A stretch of 64,000 bases of DNA. Source: Candidatus Norongarragalinales archaeon (GTDB lineage Archaea > Micrarchaeota > Micrarchaeia > Norongarragalinales > Norongarragalinaceae). The stretch lies in assembly GCA_038884755.1 (NCBI GenBank), contig JAWABJ010000001.1, positions 320,001 through 384,000 on the forward strand. The letters run 5' to 3'. The notes beneath the pieces were generated by a model, which saw only the letters and a list, made by a program, of their open reading frames with translations, was not told the DNA's origin and made no database searches. Positions within the stretch are counted from its first letter, which is position 1. Each line of letters begins with the position of its first letter. The translations under genes and the position numbers were made by a program. This document shows, piece after piece, positions 47,481-57,614 of this stretch.

Positions 47481-48434
47481 TTATTGCAGCGCTATTTCGC
47501 CTTGCGGGAACACTGGAGGCTTGCATACGCGCACGAAAAAGCATCTTTTGCACTTTCGTTCTTCATTCACTCGCGGGTATTTTTCTTCTTGGGCCTCGTT
47601 CTTTTCCGCGTCTTTCAACATTGACTTCATTCCCGAGATGCTGTTGCGCATGTAGTTTTCTATCCAATCTATTTTCGCCGAAAGCCCGGCGTGCTTGCGC
47701 GAGTAGTTTTGCATCAGGTTGACTTCGAAAACATCGATTTTATTCGGCTGCGAGTTCCAAACGCGGTTTGCGTAAAGCAAGTAACAAGCCAATTGCGCCG
47801 TGTAATCCACGTCTTCCTTTCGGCTGGTTTTCCAGTCGAAAATCGCTATCCTGTCCCCCGTTCTAATGGCTGCATCGAGCTTCACGAAAACTTTCGTGCC
47901 TTCGAAATTGAATGAGGTGGGCGTCTGCTCGTCTATCGTGAGCCAATCGTTCTTTTTCACGGTCTTGAGCCAAGCGTAAGTTTCGCTTTCGAAAAAATTG
48001 CGCAGGCATTTTTTCGCGGTTGCAATCAAGTCCAGCGCTTCGCTGACCCCGAAATCCAGGGAATACTCGTGCTCGAAAAAGCGGGCGTGCGCTTTCGGAT
48101 CCCTTCGGGCTAGGTTTTCCTTGGAATCGTTGTAGTCCCGCTTCATTTTCTGATCAAGCAGCTTTTCGGCTTCCATGAAAGAAAACGCTTTCCCGCGGCT
48201 GACGCTGTCAAGAACGTTTTTTACCGCCCAGTGCACGCTTGCGCCAGTCCAAATGTCCTTGTTGGAAAGTTTTTTTAGGAAATAAAGCTCTCTCGCTTTT
48301 TCGGGAGCGTCTTTCAGCCACCCGTTCCACATGCCATAGCGGTCGTAGTAATACTTGCGCTTGCATTCGGAGAAAGTCTTGTCTGCGGAAACAGACCACG
48401 AGAATTCGTTTGCGAAAGGTTTTGAGTCGAGCAT
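47481..48434 (-). CDS. PD-(D/E)XK RecB-like nuclease with probable Fe-S Cys motif
   Basis: N-terminal C..KYYY; KLD..IFDWKT; QL..Y; C-terminal CKRCFFVRVC. Confidence 0.85.
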   Translation of the reverse strand: MLDSKPFANEFSWSVSADKTFSECKRKYYYDRYGMWNGWLKDAPEKARELYFLKKLSNKDIWTGASVHWAVKNVLDSVSRGKAFSFMEAEKLLDQKMKRDYNDSKENLARRDPKAHARFFEHEYSLDFGVSEALDLIATAKKCLRNFFESETYAWLKTVKKNDWLTIDEQTPTSFNFEGTKVFVKLDAAIRTGDRIAIFDWKTSRKEDVDYTAQLACYLLYANRVWNSQPNKIDVFEVNLMQNYSRKHAGLSAKIDWIENYMRNSISGMKSMLKDAEKNEAQEEKYPRVNEERKCKRCFFVRVCKPPVFPQGEIALQ

Positions 48435-48442
48435 TGCGAAAA

Positions 48443-49684
48443 CTACGGTTGCACTTGCATTTCGTGCTTTTGTTTTAAGACTTCAACTGCAGGCAAGGCT
48501 TTGCCTTGAAGCATTTCCAACAGTGCTCCGCCTGCGATCGAAATGTGCGAAATCTTCTTTTTGCTGACTCCGAACTTGTCTAGCGCGGTGAGCGTGTGCC
48601 CGCCGCCCATAAGCGTGAATGCCTTGGTTTTCTCCAACGCTTGAAAAACGATTTTAGTTCCCAGTTCGAACGGCGGCTCTTCAAATTTTCCGACAGGCCC
48701 CTTGACGTAAACCGTTTTCGCCTGTTTTACGTAGTCGGAATAGCGTTTTGCCGTCGCACTTCCTACGTCGAAAACCTGCTTGGTGATTTTCGGAAGCTGC
48801 TGTAAAGGGATTTCAACGCGGATTCCGTCGTCGTCCACGAACGCGAAGTCCGTAGGCGTTTCTATTTTCGCATCATAATTCTTCACGAGTTTTTCCACTT
48901 CTGGAAGCAATGCATCGAAACCTTTTTCCTTCAGCCAATCGCGCTTGGAGCCCAAGTCGTGCCCCTTTGCAATCATGCATAATTCTCCTATTACCCCGCT
49001 TGTAAGGATATGGTCGACGGTGTTGTTTTCCAAAGCGTATTTCATCAGCTTGAAAACGTCGTCTGGCTTCGCGCCGCCTAGGATGTACACGTTAGGCCGC
49101 TGGATGTTCTTGATGACTTTCGCGATTGAAGTGTATTCTCGTTCCATCACGCGGCCGGCGTAGGAAGGCAAGTGCTTTGGAAAACCCATCAAGCTCGATT
49201 GGGCGCGGTGGGCTGCGCTGAAAGCGTCGTTGACGAAAGCGTCGCACAATGGCGCGAGAGTTTTCACGAAAAGCGTTTTCTCGTAATTCTTGTCCAAGGT
49301 TTCTTCGGCGAGAAAGCGCGTGTTTTCGAGCATTATGATTTTGCCCGGAGCGAGTTTTTTGATTTCGCGTTGCGCGTTTTGCCCGATAATGTCGCTGACG
49401 TACTTTACTTTCTTGCGGATGTGCGTAGAAAGGATTTCGGCGTGTTGTTCGAGGGTTGTGAAGTCTTCGTCTCCCGCTCGGCCTTGGTGGGCGAGGATTA
49501 CTACTTTAGATTTTTTTTTCGCCAGCTCGCGTATTGTTTCGGCGTGCGCCGCAAACCGTTCGTTGTCCTCGATTTTTCCGGTTTGCGCGTTGATTGGGGA
49601 ATTAATGTCGATGCGCACCAAAACTGTTTTTCCTTCGCACTCCAGGTCGTCTAGGGTTTTGAATTCCTTTTGCGCTTGTTCCAT
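48443..49684 (-). CDS. pgk: Phosphoglycerate kinase
   Basis: RIDINSP, AHQGR, LENTRF, NDAFSAAHR, GGAK, GGGH. Confidence 0.96.
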   Translation of the reverse strand: MEQAQKEFKTLDDLECEGKTVLVRIDINSPINAQTGKIEDNERFAAHAETIRELAKKKSKVVILAHQGRAGDEDFTTLEQHAEILSTHIRKKVKYVSDIIGQNAQREIKKLAPGKIIMLENTRFLAEETLDKNYEKTLFVKTLAPLCDAFVNDAFSAAHRAQSSLMGFPKHLPSYAGRVMEREYTSIAKVIKNIQRPNVYILGGAKPDDVFKLMKYALENNTVDHILTSGVIGELCMIAKGHDLGSKRDWLKEKGFDALLPEVEKLVKNYDAKIETPTDFAFVDDDGIRVEIPLQQLPKITKQVFDVGSATAKRYSDYVKQAKTVYVKGPVGKFEEPPFELGTKIVFQALEKTKAFTLMGGGHTLTALDKFGVSKKKISHISIAGGALLEMLQGKALPAVEVLKQKHEMQVQP

Positions 49685-49708
49685 GTGCGGATCACTCCCC
49701 CGTAAATT

Positions 49709-49987
49709 CTAAAAACTTTCAATTCCCAACCGCTTTCTGCGTCTTTCAACAATCTGTTCAATTTCGTTCTTGAAGTTGATATTGAGCCACCATTTAACTT
49801 CTCTTCCAGTCGGTGCGCAAGCAAGTATTCTTTTTCTCCTTAAATTTTCTGCAGTTTTCTTAACTGTTTTATGCCCCAAATGCGACGGAAGGCAGCTTTT
49901 CATGAGCTTGGATTAAGACAAATGTCCTTTACCCCAACTGCCAGCAAGATAAAGAGTCCAGACTAATGTTTCTTCAACAATTTCCGC
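49709..49987 (-). pseudogene. Remnant of a small winged-helix-like gene with an in-frame stop
   Basis: WGKGHLS*SKLMKSCLPSH..VKKTAENL..PTG...LN..EIEQI; TAA at 49913-49915; AT-rich. Confidence 0.45.
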
Positions 49988-50995
49988 CTATTTGAGCATG
50001 AGCTCGGTGCATTCGACCATGCGCATGCTGAAGCCCCACTCGTTGTCGTACCACGCGAACGTAGAGGAAAGGTTGTCGATGCACTTGGTCAGTTGCGAGT
50101 CGAAAATGCTCGAGTAAGGATTGCCGACTATGTCGCTTGAAACTATCGGGTCTGTTGCATATTGCAGTATGCCTTTCATCTTCCCTTTCTTTCCGTCCGC
50201 GTAGTCCTTGACTACCGCGTTAAGCTCGTCTTTGCTTGCAGGGCGGGAAAGCGTAGCGACGACGTTGTTTATGCTCCCGTCTGGAATGGGAACGCGCAAC
50301 GCGATGCCGTCCATTTTCCCTTTCAGCGAAGGGATGACTTCGCCTATCGCCTTGGCTGCGCCAGTTGAAGTGGGAATGATGTTTGTTGCGGCATTGCGGG
50401 CGCGGCGCAAGTCTTTGTGCGGCAAGTCGAGCAGCTTCTGGTCGTTGGTATACGCGTGACACGTGGTCATGAAGCCTTTTTCAATTCCAAACTCTTTTTC
50501 TAGGATAAATGCGATGGGTGCAAGGCAGTTGGTGGTGCAGGAAGCCATTGAGACTATGTTGTGCTTCGCCTTGTCGTAAGAATCGTGGTTTACGCCCAAC
50601 ACTATGGTAGCTTCGCAAGTGCCGGGTGCGCTTACTAAAACTTTTTTCGCGCCGGCTTGCAAGTGCCCTTCGGCGCCGCCTTTGGCATATTTTCCCGTGC
50701 TTTCTATCACCAAATCTACGCCCAAGTCTTTCCAAGGCAGTTTGTAAGGTTCTGCTTCGCTTAAAACCTGCAGTTCCATTCCGCCAGCGAAAATCATTTT
50801 TTCCGAGCCAGTGACGTTTTCGGTCATTATTCCATGCACGGAATCGTATTTCAGCAGGTGGGCGAGCGTTGCCGAGTCGCTCAAGTCGTTGATTGCTGTT
50901 ACCTGGTGGTTTTTGAGGAAAGTAGGGTGCTTGAACGCGGCGCGCAGGAAAAGCCTTCCAATGCGCCCGAAACCGTTGATTGCTATGCGCTTCAT
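49988..50995 (-). CDS. gap: Glyceraldehyde-3-phosphate dehydrogenase, bacterial type I
   Basis: INGFGRIG, ASCTTNCL, STGAAKA, WYDNEWG. Confidence 0.97.
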   Translation of the reverse strand: MKRIAINGFGRIGRLFLRAAFKHPTFLKNHQVTAINDLSDSATLAHLLKYDSVHGIMTENVTGSEKMIFAGGMELQVLSEAEPYKLPWKDLGVDLVIESTGKYAKGGAEGHLQAGAKKVLVSAPGTCEATIVLGVNHDSYDKAKHNIVSMASCTTNCLAPIAFILEKEFGIEKGFMTTCHAYTNDQKLLDLPHKDLRRARNAATNIIPTSTGAAKAIGEVIPSLKGKMDGIALRVPIPDGSINNVVATLSRPASKDELNAVVKDYADGKKGKMKGILQYATDPIVSSDIVGNPYSSIFDSQLTKCIDNLSSTFAWYDNEWGFSMRMVECTELMLK

Positions 50996-51068
50996 GTTGT
51001 CCCACCTTGCAAAAGTCAAAACTGGTTCGTGAGTATAAGAGGGAAAAAAGCTTTTAAAAATAGGTTTT

Positions 51069-52091
51069 TCAGCCTATCACGCTTTTTCCTCCCAGCAGGA
51101 GGAAGTCGAACTGGATTACCAGGAAAATGAGGTAGAGAAAAAGCAGAGCGAGGCCTTCGGCTTTCGTGAGGCTTTTTTTCGTGAACGTGAAGAAAAAGAC
51201 TAGTATGAACGAGATGAACATGAACGCGTATCCGACAAGCGCTTGGCCGAATTCCACCGTAACTCCGCTCGCGCCTGTGAACAGCGCAGCTATTCCCAAA
51301 ACCAGCGTTAATTCAGTGATAAACCCGCCGATGATGTCGCCCCAAATCACTTCTTCTTCCCTGGCGCGCAAGGCAGTTATTTCGATCGCAAGTTGGGGGA
51401 GGGTTACGCCTAGCGCGATTAGGCTGAAGCCGAGGAGTATGGGTGGGATGCCGGCTTGTTCGGAAAAAATTTCGGCGTTCTGCACCACGAACTCGGCGGT
51501 CAGGATGAGAACGCCCAGGAAAACCATGAGCTTGAGGAATTCTATTCCCAGCGCGCCTTTCTGCCGGTAGAACGTCGGCTGCAAGGGTTGCTCGCTCAAC
51601 TCAAGTTCGAGTTGTATTCCCGAGTCTTTTCCCTTCCACACCTCGCGTTCCTGCGTGTAGATAATGTACGCGTACATCAAATACACGATTATCAGCAGGA
51701 GCCCGTCAATGTAGGAAAGCCTGCTGTCCACGAGCAGAAACAGGGGGATCATCAGCACGAAGAAAATCCACCCGAAATTCTCGAGCACTGTCCTTTCCCT
51801 TACCCTGAAATCGCCTTTGATAAGCGCGACTATGCCCAGCATTATCGTTAGCACAATGATGTTCGAGCCTATCACCATTCCTAACACCATCTGCATCTGG
51901 CCTTCTGATGCTGAGACCGCTCCGACTATCATGTCGGGGAGCGAAGTGCCGAGCCCTAGAATGAGGAAGGCGAGGAAAAACTTGGGGACTTGGAAAAGCA
52001 GTGAAATGCTGTTGAGGATTCGCACTACCTTGTCCGAAGCGTAGGCTATGACCAACAACCCTGCAACGATGAAAAGAAATTCCTGGAGCAT
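51069..52091 (-). CDS. Na+/Ca2+ exchanger family (CaCA) protein
   Basis: Alpha repeats GTSLPD..GSNI and GVTLPQ..GDIIG. Confidence 0.85.
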   Translation of the reverse strand: MLQEFLFIVAGLLVIAYASDKVVRILNSISLLFQVPKFFLAFLILGLGTSLPDMIVGAVSASEGQMQMVLGMVIGSNIIVLTIMLGIVALIKGDFRVRERTVLENFGWIFFVLMIPLFLLVDSRLSYIDGLLLIIVYLMYAYIIYTQEREVWKGKDSGIQLELELSEQPLQPTFYRQKGALGIEFLKLMVFLGVLILTAEFVVQNAEIFSEQAGIPPILLGFSLIALGVTLPQLAIEITALRAREEEVIWGDIIGGFITELTLVLGIAALFTGASGVTVEFGQALVGYAFMFISFILVFFFTFTKKSLTKAEGLALLFLYLIFLVIQFDFLLLGGKSVIG

Positions 52092-52161
52092 TTGCCAATC
52101 CTCGTTCCGAGTGTTAAAACAAGTGCGAGTGAATTAAAAAACCAATTGCGTTTTGTTTTAC

Positions 52162-54843
52162 ATGGCGGTGTTGAAGGATTTCCACGCTTTGAGCTCTAAA
52201 AGCGCTTTGAAAGAGTTGGATTCGGGAGAACGGGGCTTGACTGAAAGCGAGGCGGAGGAAAGGCTTTCGCAATACGGGCCGAACGAGCTCAAGGAGAAGA
52301 AGGGAAAGCACCCGATTTTCATTTTCCTCGAGCAGTTTTCCAACATCCTGGTTTTGCTTTTGATGGGCGCCGCAGGGGTTTCGTGGGCTTTGGGCGAGGT
52401 GCTCGACGCCGCGGCGATAATGGCTATAGTCGTTTTGAACGCAGTGTTCGGGTTCGTGCAGGAGTATCGTGCCGAGCAGGCCATTGCGGCGTTGAAAAAA
52501 CTCGTTTCGCCGAAAGCGCGGGTGCTGCGCGGAGGGAGAGAAGTTTTGGTTGAATCCAAGCTGCTCGTTCCGGGTGACGTTGTGGTTTTGGAAGCGGGAG
52601 ACAGGATTCCGGCAGACTGCAGGCTGCTTGAGTCGATAGAATTGGAGTGCGAGGAAAGCGCTTTGACTGGAGAAAGCCTTCCGGTGCGCAAGAACGCCGG
52701 AACCACGCTTTCGGAAAAAACGCCTGTCGCAGACCGGGAAAACATGGTTTTCATGGGAACGGCCGTGACAAAAGGAAGGGCTAAAGCGCTAGTGTGTTCG
52801 ACTGGAATGAACACGCAAGTGGGGAAAATCGCAACGCTTGTCGAGCAGACCGAGACCGAGGAAACCCCGCTGCAAAAACGATTGGAAATACTGGGAAAGC
52901 AGTTGGGAATAGCTTCGCTCGCCGCAGTCGCCATAGTGTTTTTTTCGGGCGTTGCTTTAAGCGGCGAAAGCGTTTTTGGAATGTTTTTGATTGCGGTGAC
53001 GCTTGCAGTAGCCGCGATTCCCGAAGGGCTGCCTGCGATTGTTACAGTCACTATGGCTGTTGGAGTGCAGCGAATGGCCAAGCGCAACGCGATAATACGC
53101 AAGCTTCCGGCTGTTGAAACGCTTGGCGCCGCGACCGTGATTTGCTCTGATAAGACTGGCACTCTGACGAAAAGCGAAATGACCGTGCGCGAGGTTTACG
53201 CGAACGGCAGGAATTACGGTGTTGCGGGAAGCGGTTACGCCTTGAAAGGCGAGTTTTTCGACGGGAAGGGTAGGAAAATAGACGCTTTGAAAGAGATGGA
53301 AAAGCTTTTGCTTGCGGGAGTGTACTGCAACAATTCGAGCCTCGCCGAAGAAGCGGGAGGGGCGAACGCTAAAGTTGCGGGCGACCCGACCGAAGCTTCG
53401 CTCTTGGTTTTGGCGCGCAAGGCCGGTTTGGACGAGGAGGAACTGAAGGAAAAATCGGAGTTCATCCACGAAATTCCTTTTTCTTCCGAAAGAAAAATGA
53501 TGAGCGTGGCAAGAAAGCACGGCGGAAAAAGCTTGGTGTTCGTGAAAGGCGCGCCAGAAGTCGTGGTCCAAAAATGCACGCACGTCTTGAAGGGCGGCAA
53601 GGAATCCAAGCTTGCGCTCAAGGAAAAGCAAGAGGTTTTGGCGCAAAACAAGCGCATGGCGTTGAAGGCGCTGCGCGTGCTTGCGCTGGCGTTCAGGAAG
53701 TTCGAAGGGAAGGGCGAAAGGCAGATGGAGTCGGACTTGGTCTTCCTGGGTTTGGTGGGAATGATGGACCCGCCCAGGCCCGAAGCCAAGCGTGCGGTGG
53801 AAGCGTGCAAGGCTGCGGGCATTCGCGTGGTAATGATTACGGGCGACAACAAGGAAACTGCGCTGGCGGTAGGAAGGGAATTGGGGGTTGTAGAGAAAGA
53901 TTCGCTCGTGCTGGTGGGAAGCGAACTGGACGAAACTACCGACGAAGAGCTTGCCGAGATAGCGAAGAAAGCGGCGGTTTACGCGCGTGTTTCGCCAGAG
54001 CACAAGCTGCGCATCGTAAAAGCCATCAAGGCGGACGGAAGGCAGGTTGTCGCCATGACCGGCGATGGCGTGAACGACGCGCCCGCGATAAAAAAGGCGG
54101 ACATTGGTGTGGGAATGGGTTTGACTGGAACCGACGTCACGAAGGAAGCGAGTGCAATGGTGATTACGGACGACAACTTCGCGTCCATAGTGAACGCGAT
54201 AGAAGAAGGGCGCATTGTTTTCGACAACATTTCCAAGAGCGTGCGTTATTTGATAAGCTGCAACATCGGGGAGTTGCTTGCCGTGTTTACGGCAGTCATA
54301 ATGGGATTGAAAAGCCCGTTGGAGCCTCTGCAGATTCTTTGGATGAACTTGGCGACGGACGGGCTGCCTGCGCTGGCTTTGGGCGTCGACCCGGAAGAGC
54401 CGGGGGTCATGGAGCGCAAGCCAAGGGACCCGAGCGAGAACATAATAAACCGCAAGAGCATCGTTCAAATCCTTGAAATCGGCGTTTTCATGGCTGTGGC
54501 CACGGTGGGAATATTCTGGCTGTACCACGACGTGCACGGCATCGAATACGCGCGGAGCATGGCTTTCACGACGCTGGTTTTCATTCAAATAGCGTTTTCG
54601 TTCAGCGTCCGTTCGAAAGAGCACGCGCTTTGGGAGAACGGGCCGTTTTCCAACAAGACGCTCATCGCGGCGGCTTTGGTTGCGGTGGCGCTGCAAATCG
54701 CTATTTTGTACACGCCGTTTTTCGAAGGGATTTTCAGCACCAAGCCCCTGTTGTTGAACGACCTGGCGGTCGCATTGGGAATGGCTTCGCTAGGGTTTAT
54801 TATTCCCGAAGTGTCAAAAATAATCCGAAGGAAAAAAGCGTGA
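52162..54843 (+). CDS. P-type (IIA, Ca2+-like) ATPase
   Basis: TGES, PEGL, DKTGT, KGAPE, GDGVND. Confidence 0.96.
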   Translation: MAVLKDFHALSSKSALKELDSGERGLTESEAEERLSQYGPNELKEKKGKHPIFIFLEQFSNILVLLLMGAAGVSWALGEVLDAAAIMAIVVLNAVFGFVQEYRAEQAIAALKKLVSPKARVLRGGREVLVESKLLVPGDVVVLEAGDRIPADCRLLESIELECEESALTGESLPVRKNAGTTLSEKTPVADRENMVFMGTAVTKGRAKALVCSTGMNTQVGKIATLVEQTETEETPLQKRLEILGKQLGIASLAAVAIVFFSGVALSGESVFGMFLIAVTLAVAAIPEGLPAIVTVTMAVGVQRMAKRNAIIRKLPAVETLGAATVICSDKTGTLTKSEMTVREVYANGRNYGVAGSGYALKGEFFDGKGRKIDALKEMEKLLLAGVYCNNSSLAEEAGGANAKVAGDPTEASLLVLARKAGLDEEELKEKSEFIHEIPFSSERKMMSVARKHGGKSLVFVKGAPEVVVQKCTHVLKGGKESKLALKEKQEVLAQNKRMALKALRVLALAFRKFEGKGERQMESDLVFLGLVGMMDPPRPEAKRAVEACKAAGIRVVMITGDNKETALAVGRELGVVEKDSLVLVGSELDETTDEELAEIAKKAAVYARVSPEHKLRIVKAIKADGRQVVAMTGDGVNDAPAIKKADIGVGMGLTGTDVTKEASAMVITDDNFASIVNAIEEGRIVFDNISKSVRYLISCNIGELLAVFTAVIMGLKSPLEPLQILWMNLATDGLPALALGVDPEEPGVMERKPRDPSENIINRKSIVQILEIGVFMAVATVGIFWLYHDVHGIEYARSMAFTTLVFIQIAFSFSVRSKEHALWENGPFSNKTLIAAALVAVALQIAILYTPFFEGIFSTKPLLLNDLAVALGMASLGFIIPEVSKIIRRKKA

Positions 54844-54858
54844 GGGTGGAAGCCGGAA

Positions 54859-55305
54859 ATGAAGACCGTGAAGGAAGTGATGCGCAGCAACGTGCCCAGC
54901 GTAAGCCCAGACGACACGCTCAAGAAAGCCAGCCAAGTGATGAAAGAAAACAACATTGCAGGGGTTCCGGTCGTAGAAGACAGACAGGTAGTAGGCATTC
55001 TCACCGACGGCGACATGCTCAACGCTTTTTACTTGAACGTTTCCGCCTTCAGTTACGAGGAGAAGATGGAAGGCGGGTCGGAAGGGTACAACTTCAAAAA
55101 GCGGGTTGAGGAATTCAGGCAAACGCGCGTGGGTGAAATCATGACGCCGCACCCTCGCACGATAAACGAAAACGCCGGAATCGACGAGGCTGCCGGCATC
55201 ATCAAGCGGTTCAAGGTCAAGAGGCTCATAGTAGTGAACGACAAAGGCGAGCCCGTCGGGCTAGTCGAGCGCTTGAACGTGGTAAACAGCATTCTTTTGT
55301 CCTGA
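54859..55305 (+). CDS. CBS-domain protein
   Basis: Two CBS repeats (VKEVM..GVPVV..VGILT; VGEIM..RLIVV). Confidence 0.9.
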   Translation: MKTVKEVMRSNVPSVSPDDTLKKASQVMKENNIAGVPVVEDRQVVGILTDGDMLNAFYLNVSAFSYEEKMEGGSEGYNFKKRVEEFRQTRVGEIMTPHPRTINENAGIDEAAGIIKRFKVKRLIVVNDKGEPVGLVERLNVVNSILLS

Positions 55306-55383
55306 ATTCATGCAAAATCTTTTTTAAGCACGGCTTCCTGCAATCGAATTGTTTTTCAAAGCTTAATGAAAGAGGGGGGTTGC

Positions 55384-55530
55384 ATGGCAAATCCGTTAGT
55401 CAACGCTTTTACCGTCGCCGCCTTCGCGTTCACGCTTTTTGGGGTCATCAAGCCCGCGGATTTCATGCTCGTGGTGCTCATGAGCATGATCGTCACTCGC
55501 GCCGCGCCCACTTTCCACAAGAAGCACTGA
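55384..55530 (+). CDS. 48-aa two-TM microprotein
   Basis: MANPLVNAFTVAAFAFTLFGVIKPADFMLVVLMSMIVTRAAPTFHKKH; GAGGGGG SD. Confidence 0.55.
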   Translation: MANPLVNAFTVAAFAFTLFGVIKPADFMLVVLMSMIVTRAAPTFHKKH

Positions 55531-55623
55531 AACGCCCTTCCCACGCCCGCGTCCAGCATGGTTTAAATTCCAGCTTTTGCAGGGTTTAGTTTTGTGAGCG
55601 GTTGAGTCTAACGGTGCTGGAAA

Positions 55624-55767
55624 ATGGATTCTGTTTTGAACGGCTTCGTGTTCATAATAGTGGTAATGTTGTTCGCGGACTTGCTTCCGGTATGGGAAAC
55701 TGCCTTGGTTCTCTTCGTTTCCTACTTTCTTTTCCAGCAGCTTGACGCGATTTCGGCTCCGTTCTGA
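55624..55767 (+). CDS. 47-aa two-TM microprotein
   Basis: MDSVLNGFVFIIVVMLFADLLPVWETALVLFVSYFLFQQLDAISAPF; GGTG upstream, T-tract downstream. Confidence 0.5.
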   Translation: MDSVLNGFVFIIVVMLFADLLPVWETALVLFVSYFLFQQLDAISAPF

Positions 55768-55793
55768 ATTCCCTTTTTTTCCCCGCTTTTTTC

Positions 55794-56888
55794 CTACAAG
55801 ACGAATTCCACGCCGCCTGTTTTCACGAGACGCTTGGCGTCCTGGATGCCGTCGTTCAAGTTTTTCATGAAAACCGTCATTTTCCCGCACGCTATTTCCT
55901 TCAGCTCGCCGCTCGTCATCCTGCCGTTCTTGTAAGAATCGTAAATCTCTTGAAGCTCGCCGTCGTCCTCGATCAAGTGTTGTTTCAGCAATTCGAAAAC
56001 CATGTCTTTCTCGACAACCGCGCCCAAACGCCTTTGCTCTTCGAGCGTGTCCCGCCCTCCGGTCAAAGCGCGCTTTATTTTCGCGCAAGCGCTTTTAGGG
56101 TCTTCAGGTAGTTCGATAGACCCTTCTGGAAAACTTTTGCTCATTTTTAGCCTGCCGTCGAGCGAAGGAGTGTACTTATGGTATAACGACGAAATTTGCG
56201 TGAATTTGTGCGTCGACTGCGTGCGGGAAACGAAGTCGCGCGTCAGGCGAATGTGCGGCTCTTGGTCAATGCCGACCGGAATTATTCCCGGCATTCGGTC
56301 TTTAAACTGCGGGTAGAGAATGTCGCCTATTTGCGTTACCGCGCTCATTATTCGCCCAGGTTCAGTGGAACCGTAAGTAGCGCGGAATTCGTTGTAAGTG
56401 ATTTTCTGTGCTGCCTCGAAAGCGATGCGCATGACGTCGCGGTTGTCGCTCTGGAAGTACAAAAGCGTCTTGCGCGGGTCTAATCCGAGCGCTATGTAAG
56501 CCGGAATGTGGAATTCCAACGCCCTTTTCCTCGCTTCAGCCAGGGGAATGCCGCGCACTGCCGCGGCTTCCAAGTCCGCGACGCAAATCACTGTTTTCGC
56601 CCCGTGTTTTTGGAAGTACGCGAGGTTTTCAATCACCATCTTGTTTCCAAAGTGAATGCGCTCGCTCGTGGGCATTATCCCGCTCAAAGCGTAGAATTTC
56701 TTTCGCATTTTAATGCAATCGCTTATGCGCTTCAAGTCGCGGCCTGCGAACGCTATGCCTCGGCGCATGAGCCGGTTGGGGTTGGGAAAGTCTTTCACGC
56801 TGAAAGCTTCGAGACCGAAGTCCTGCACTATTTTCGAATAGTCTTCGGGCAAGGCGCTTCCCCAAGGGTCGATAATCTTCTCGGTCAT
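55794..56888 (-). CDS. trpS: Tryptophanyl-tRNA synthetase
   Basis: IDPWG, HFGN (HIGH), GIDQEPH, KMSKS, TGGR. Confidence 0.95.
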   Translation of the reverse strand: MTEKIIDPWGSALPEDYSKIVQDFGLEAFSVKDFPNPNRLMRRGIAFAGRDLKRISDCIKMRKKFYALSGIMPTSERIHFGNKMVIENLAYFQKHGAKTVICVADLEAAAVRGIPLAEARKRALEFHIPAYIALGLDPRKTLLYFQSDNRDVMRIAFEAAQKITYNEFRATYGSTEPGRIMSAVTQIGDILYPQFKDRMPGIIPVGIDQEPHIRLTRDFVSRTQSTHKFTQISSLYHKYTPSLDGRLKMSKSFPEGSIELPEDPKSACAKIKRALTGGRDTLEEQRRLGAVVEKDMVFELLKQHLIEDDGELQEIYDSYKNGRMTSGELKEIACGKMTVFMKNLNDGIQDAKRLVKTGGVEFVL

Positions 56889-56958
56889 TCGAAAAACCTT
56901 TTCTAGCAATTAAACGCAATTCAATAAAAATACCCTCGCCCCACTATTATTTTGTTGT

Positions 56959-57099
56959 GCCGGAGTGGCAGAGCGGTTATTGCGCTAGTCTCGAAGTCAG
57001 GCTTTTCTTTTGCGAAAAGAAAAGCCCGACGCGGCAAAAGAAAACCGTACGAAAACTAGTGTCCGCAAGGACTCGGGAGTTCGAATCTCTCCTCCGGCG
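56959..57099 (+). tRNA. tRNA-Ser(CGA) with 58-nt intron (56996-57053)
   Basis: Acceptor GCCGGAG/CTCCGGC, anticodon arm CTAGT-CTCGAA^A-ACTAG, long variable arm, TTCGAAT. Confidence 0.9.
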
Positions 57100-57118
57100 C
57101 TCTTTATAGAGTGGTGAA

Positions 57119-57550
57119 ATGAAAGTCGTGAAGGCGGTCAAGGCGCTTATTACAAACGGCGAGGGAAAAATCCTTTTCATGAAGGAAAAAACGCCTTCTG
57201 GAAGGGAGTATTACGGCTTTCCGGGCGGCAGGCTGGAAGGAAACGAGACCGAAGAGCAAGCGTTGAGGCGGGAAGTGAGGGAGGAAACAGGGCTGGGCGT
57301 AAGCAAAGCGAGCGCCGTCGGCGGTTATTCTTTCGTCATGGAAAACGGAACGCGCGTCGAATGCACTGTTTTCGAGTGCGAGGTTGAAAACCCCGAAAGC
57401 ATGCGCTTGGACTTTCAAGACGCGGCGCAAGAAGAGATAACTTCGTTCCGCTGGCTTTCGCCGGAAGAGTTTTTTTCCGAGAAACTGCCGGGCGCAAGCG
57501 AAGGTTTCAGCCGTTTTCTGCAATCGCTGCAAACCAAAAGAATTTTATAG
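57119..57550 (+). CDS. NUDIX hydrolase
   Basis: GGRLEGNETEEQALRREVREETGL. Confidence 0.92.
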   Translation: MKVVKAVKALITNGEGKILFMKEKTPSGREYYGFPGGRLEGNETEEQALRREVREETGLGVSKASAVGGYSFVMENGTRVECTVFECEVENPESMRLDFQDAAQEEITSFRWLSPEEFFSEKLPGASEGFSRFLQSLQTKRIL

Positions 57551-57614
57551 CATGCAAAAGTGCTGAATAAACGGTTTTGCGATTTTTTGAACCGCAAGAG
57601 GGGAACGTTGCCGA

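Noticed and set aside
47481..48434. Cas4 / CRISPR system
   Set aside because: It has a Cas4-like Cys arrangement, but there is no cas1/cas2 or repeat-spacer array in the window and the context is housekeeping.
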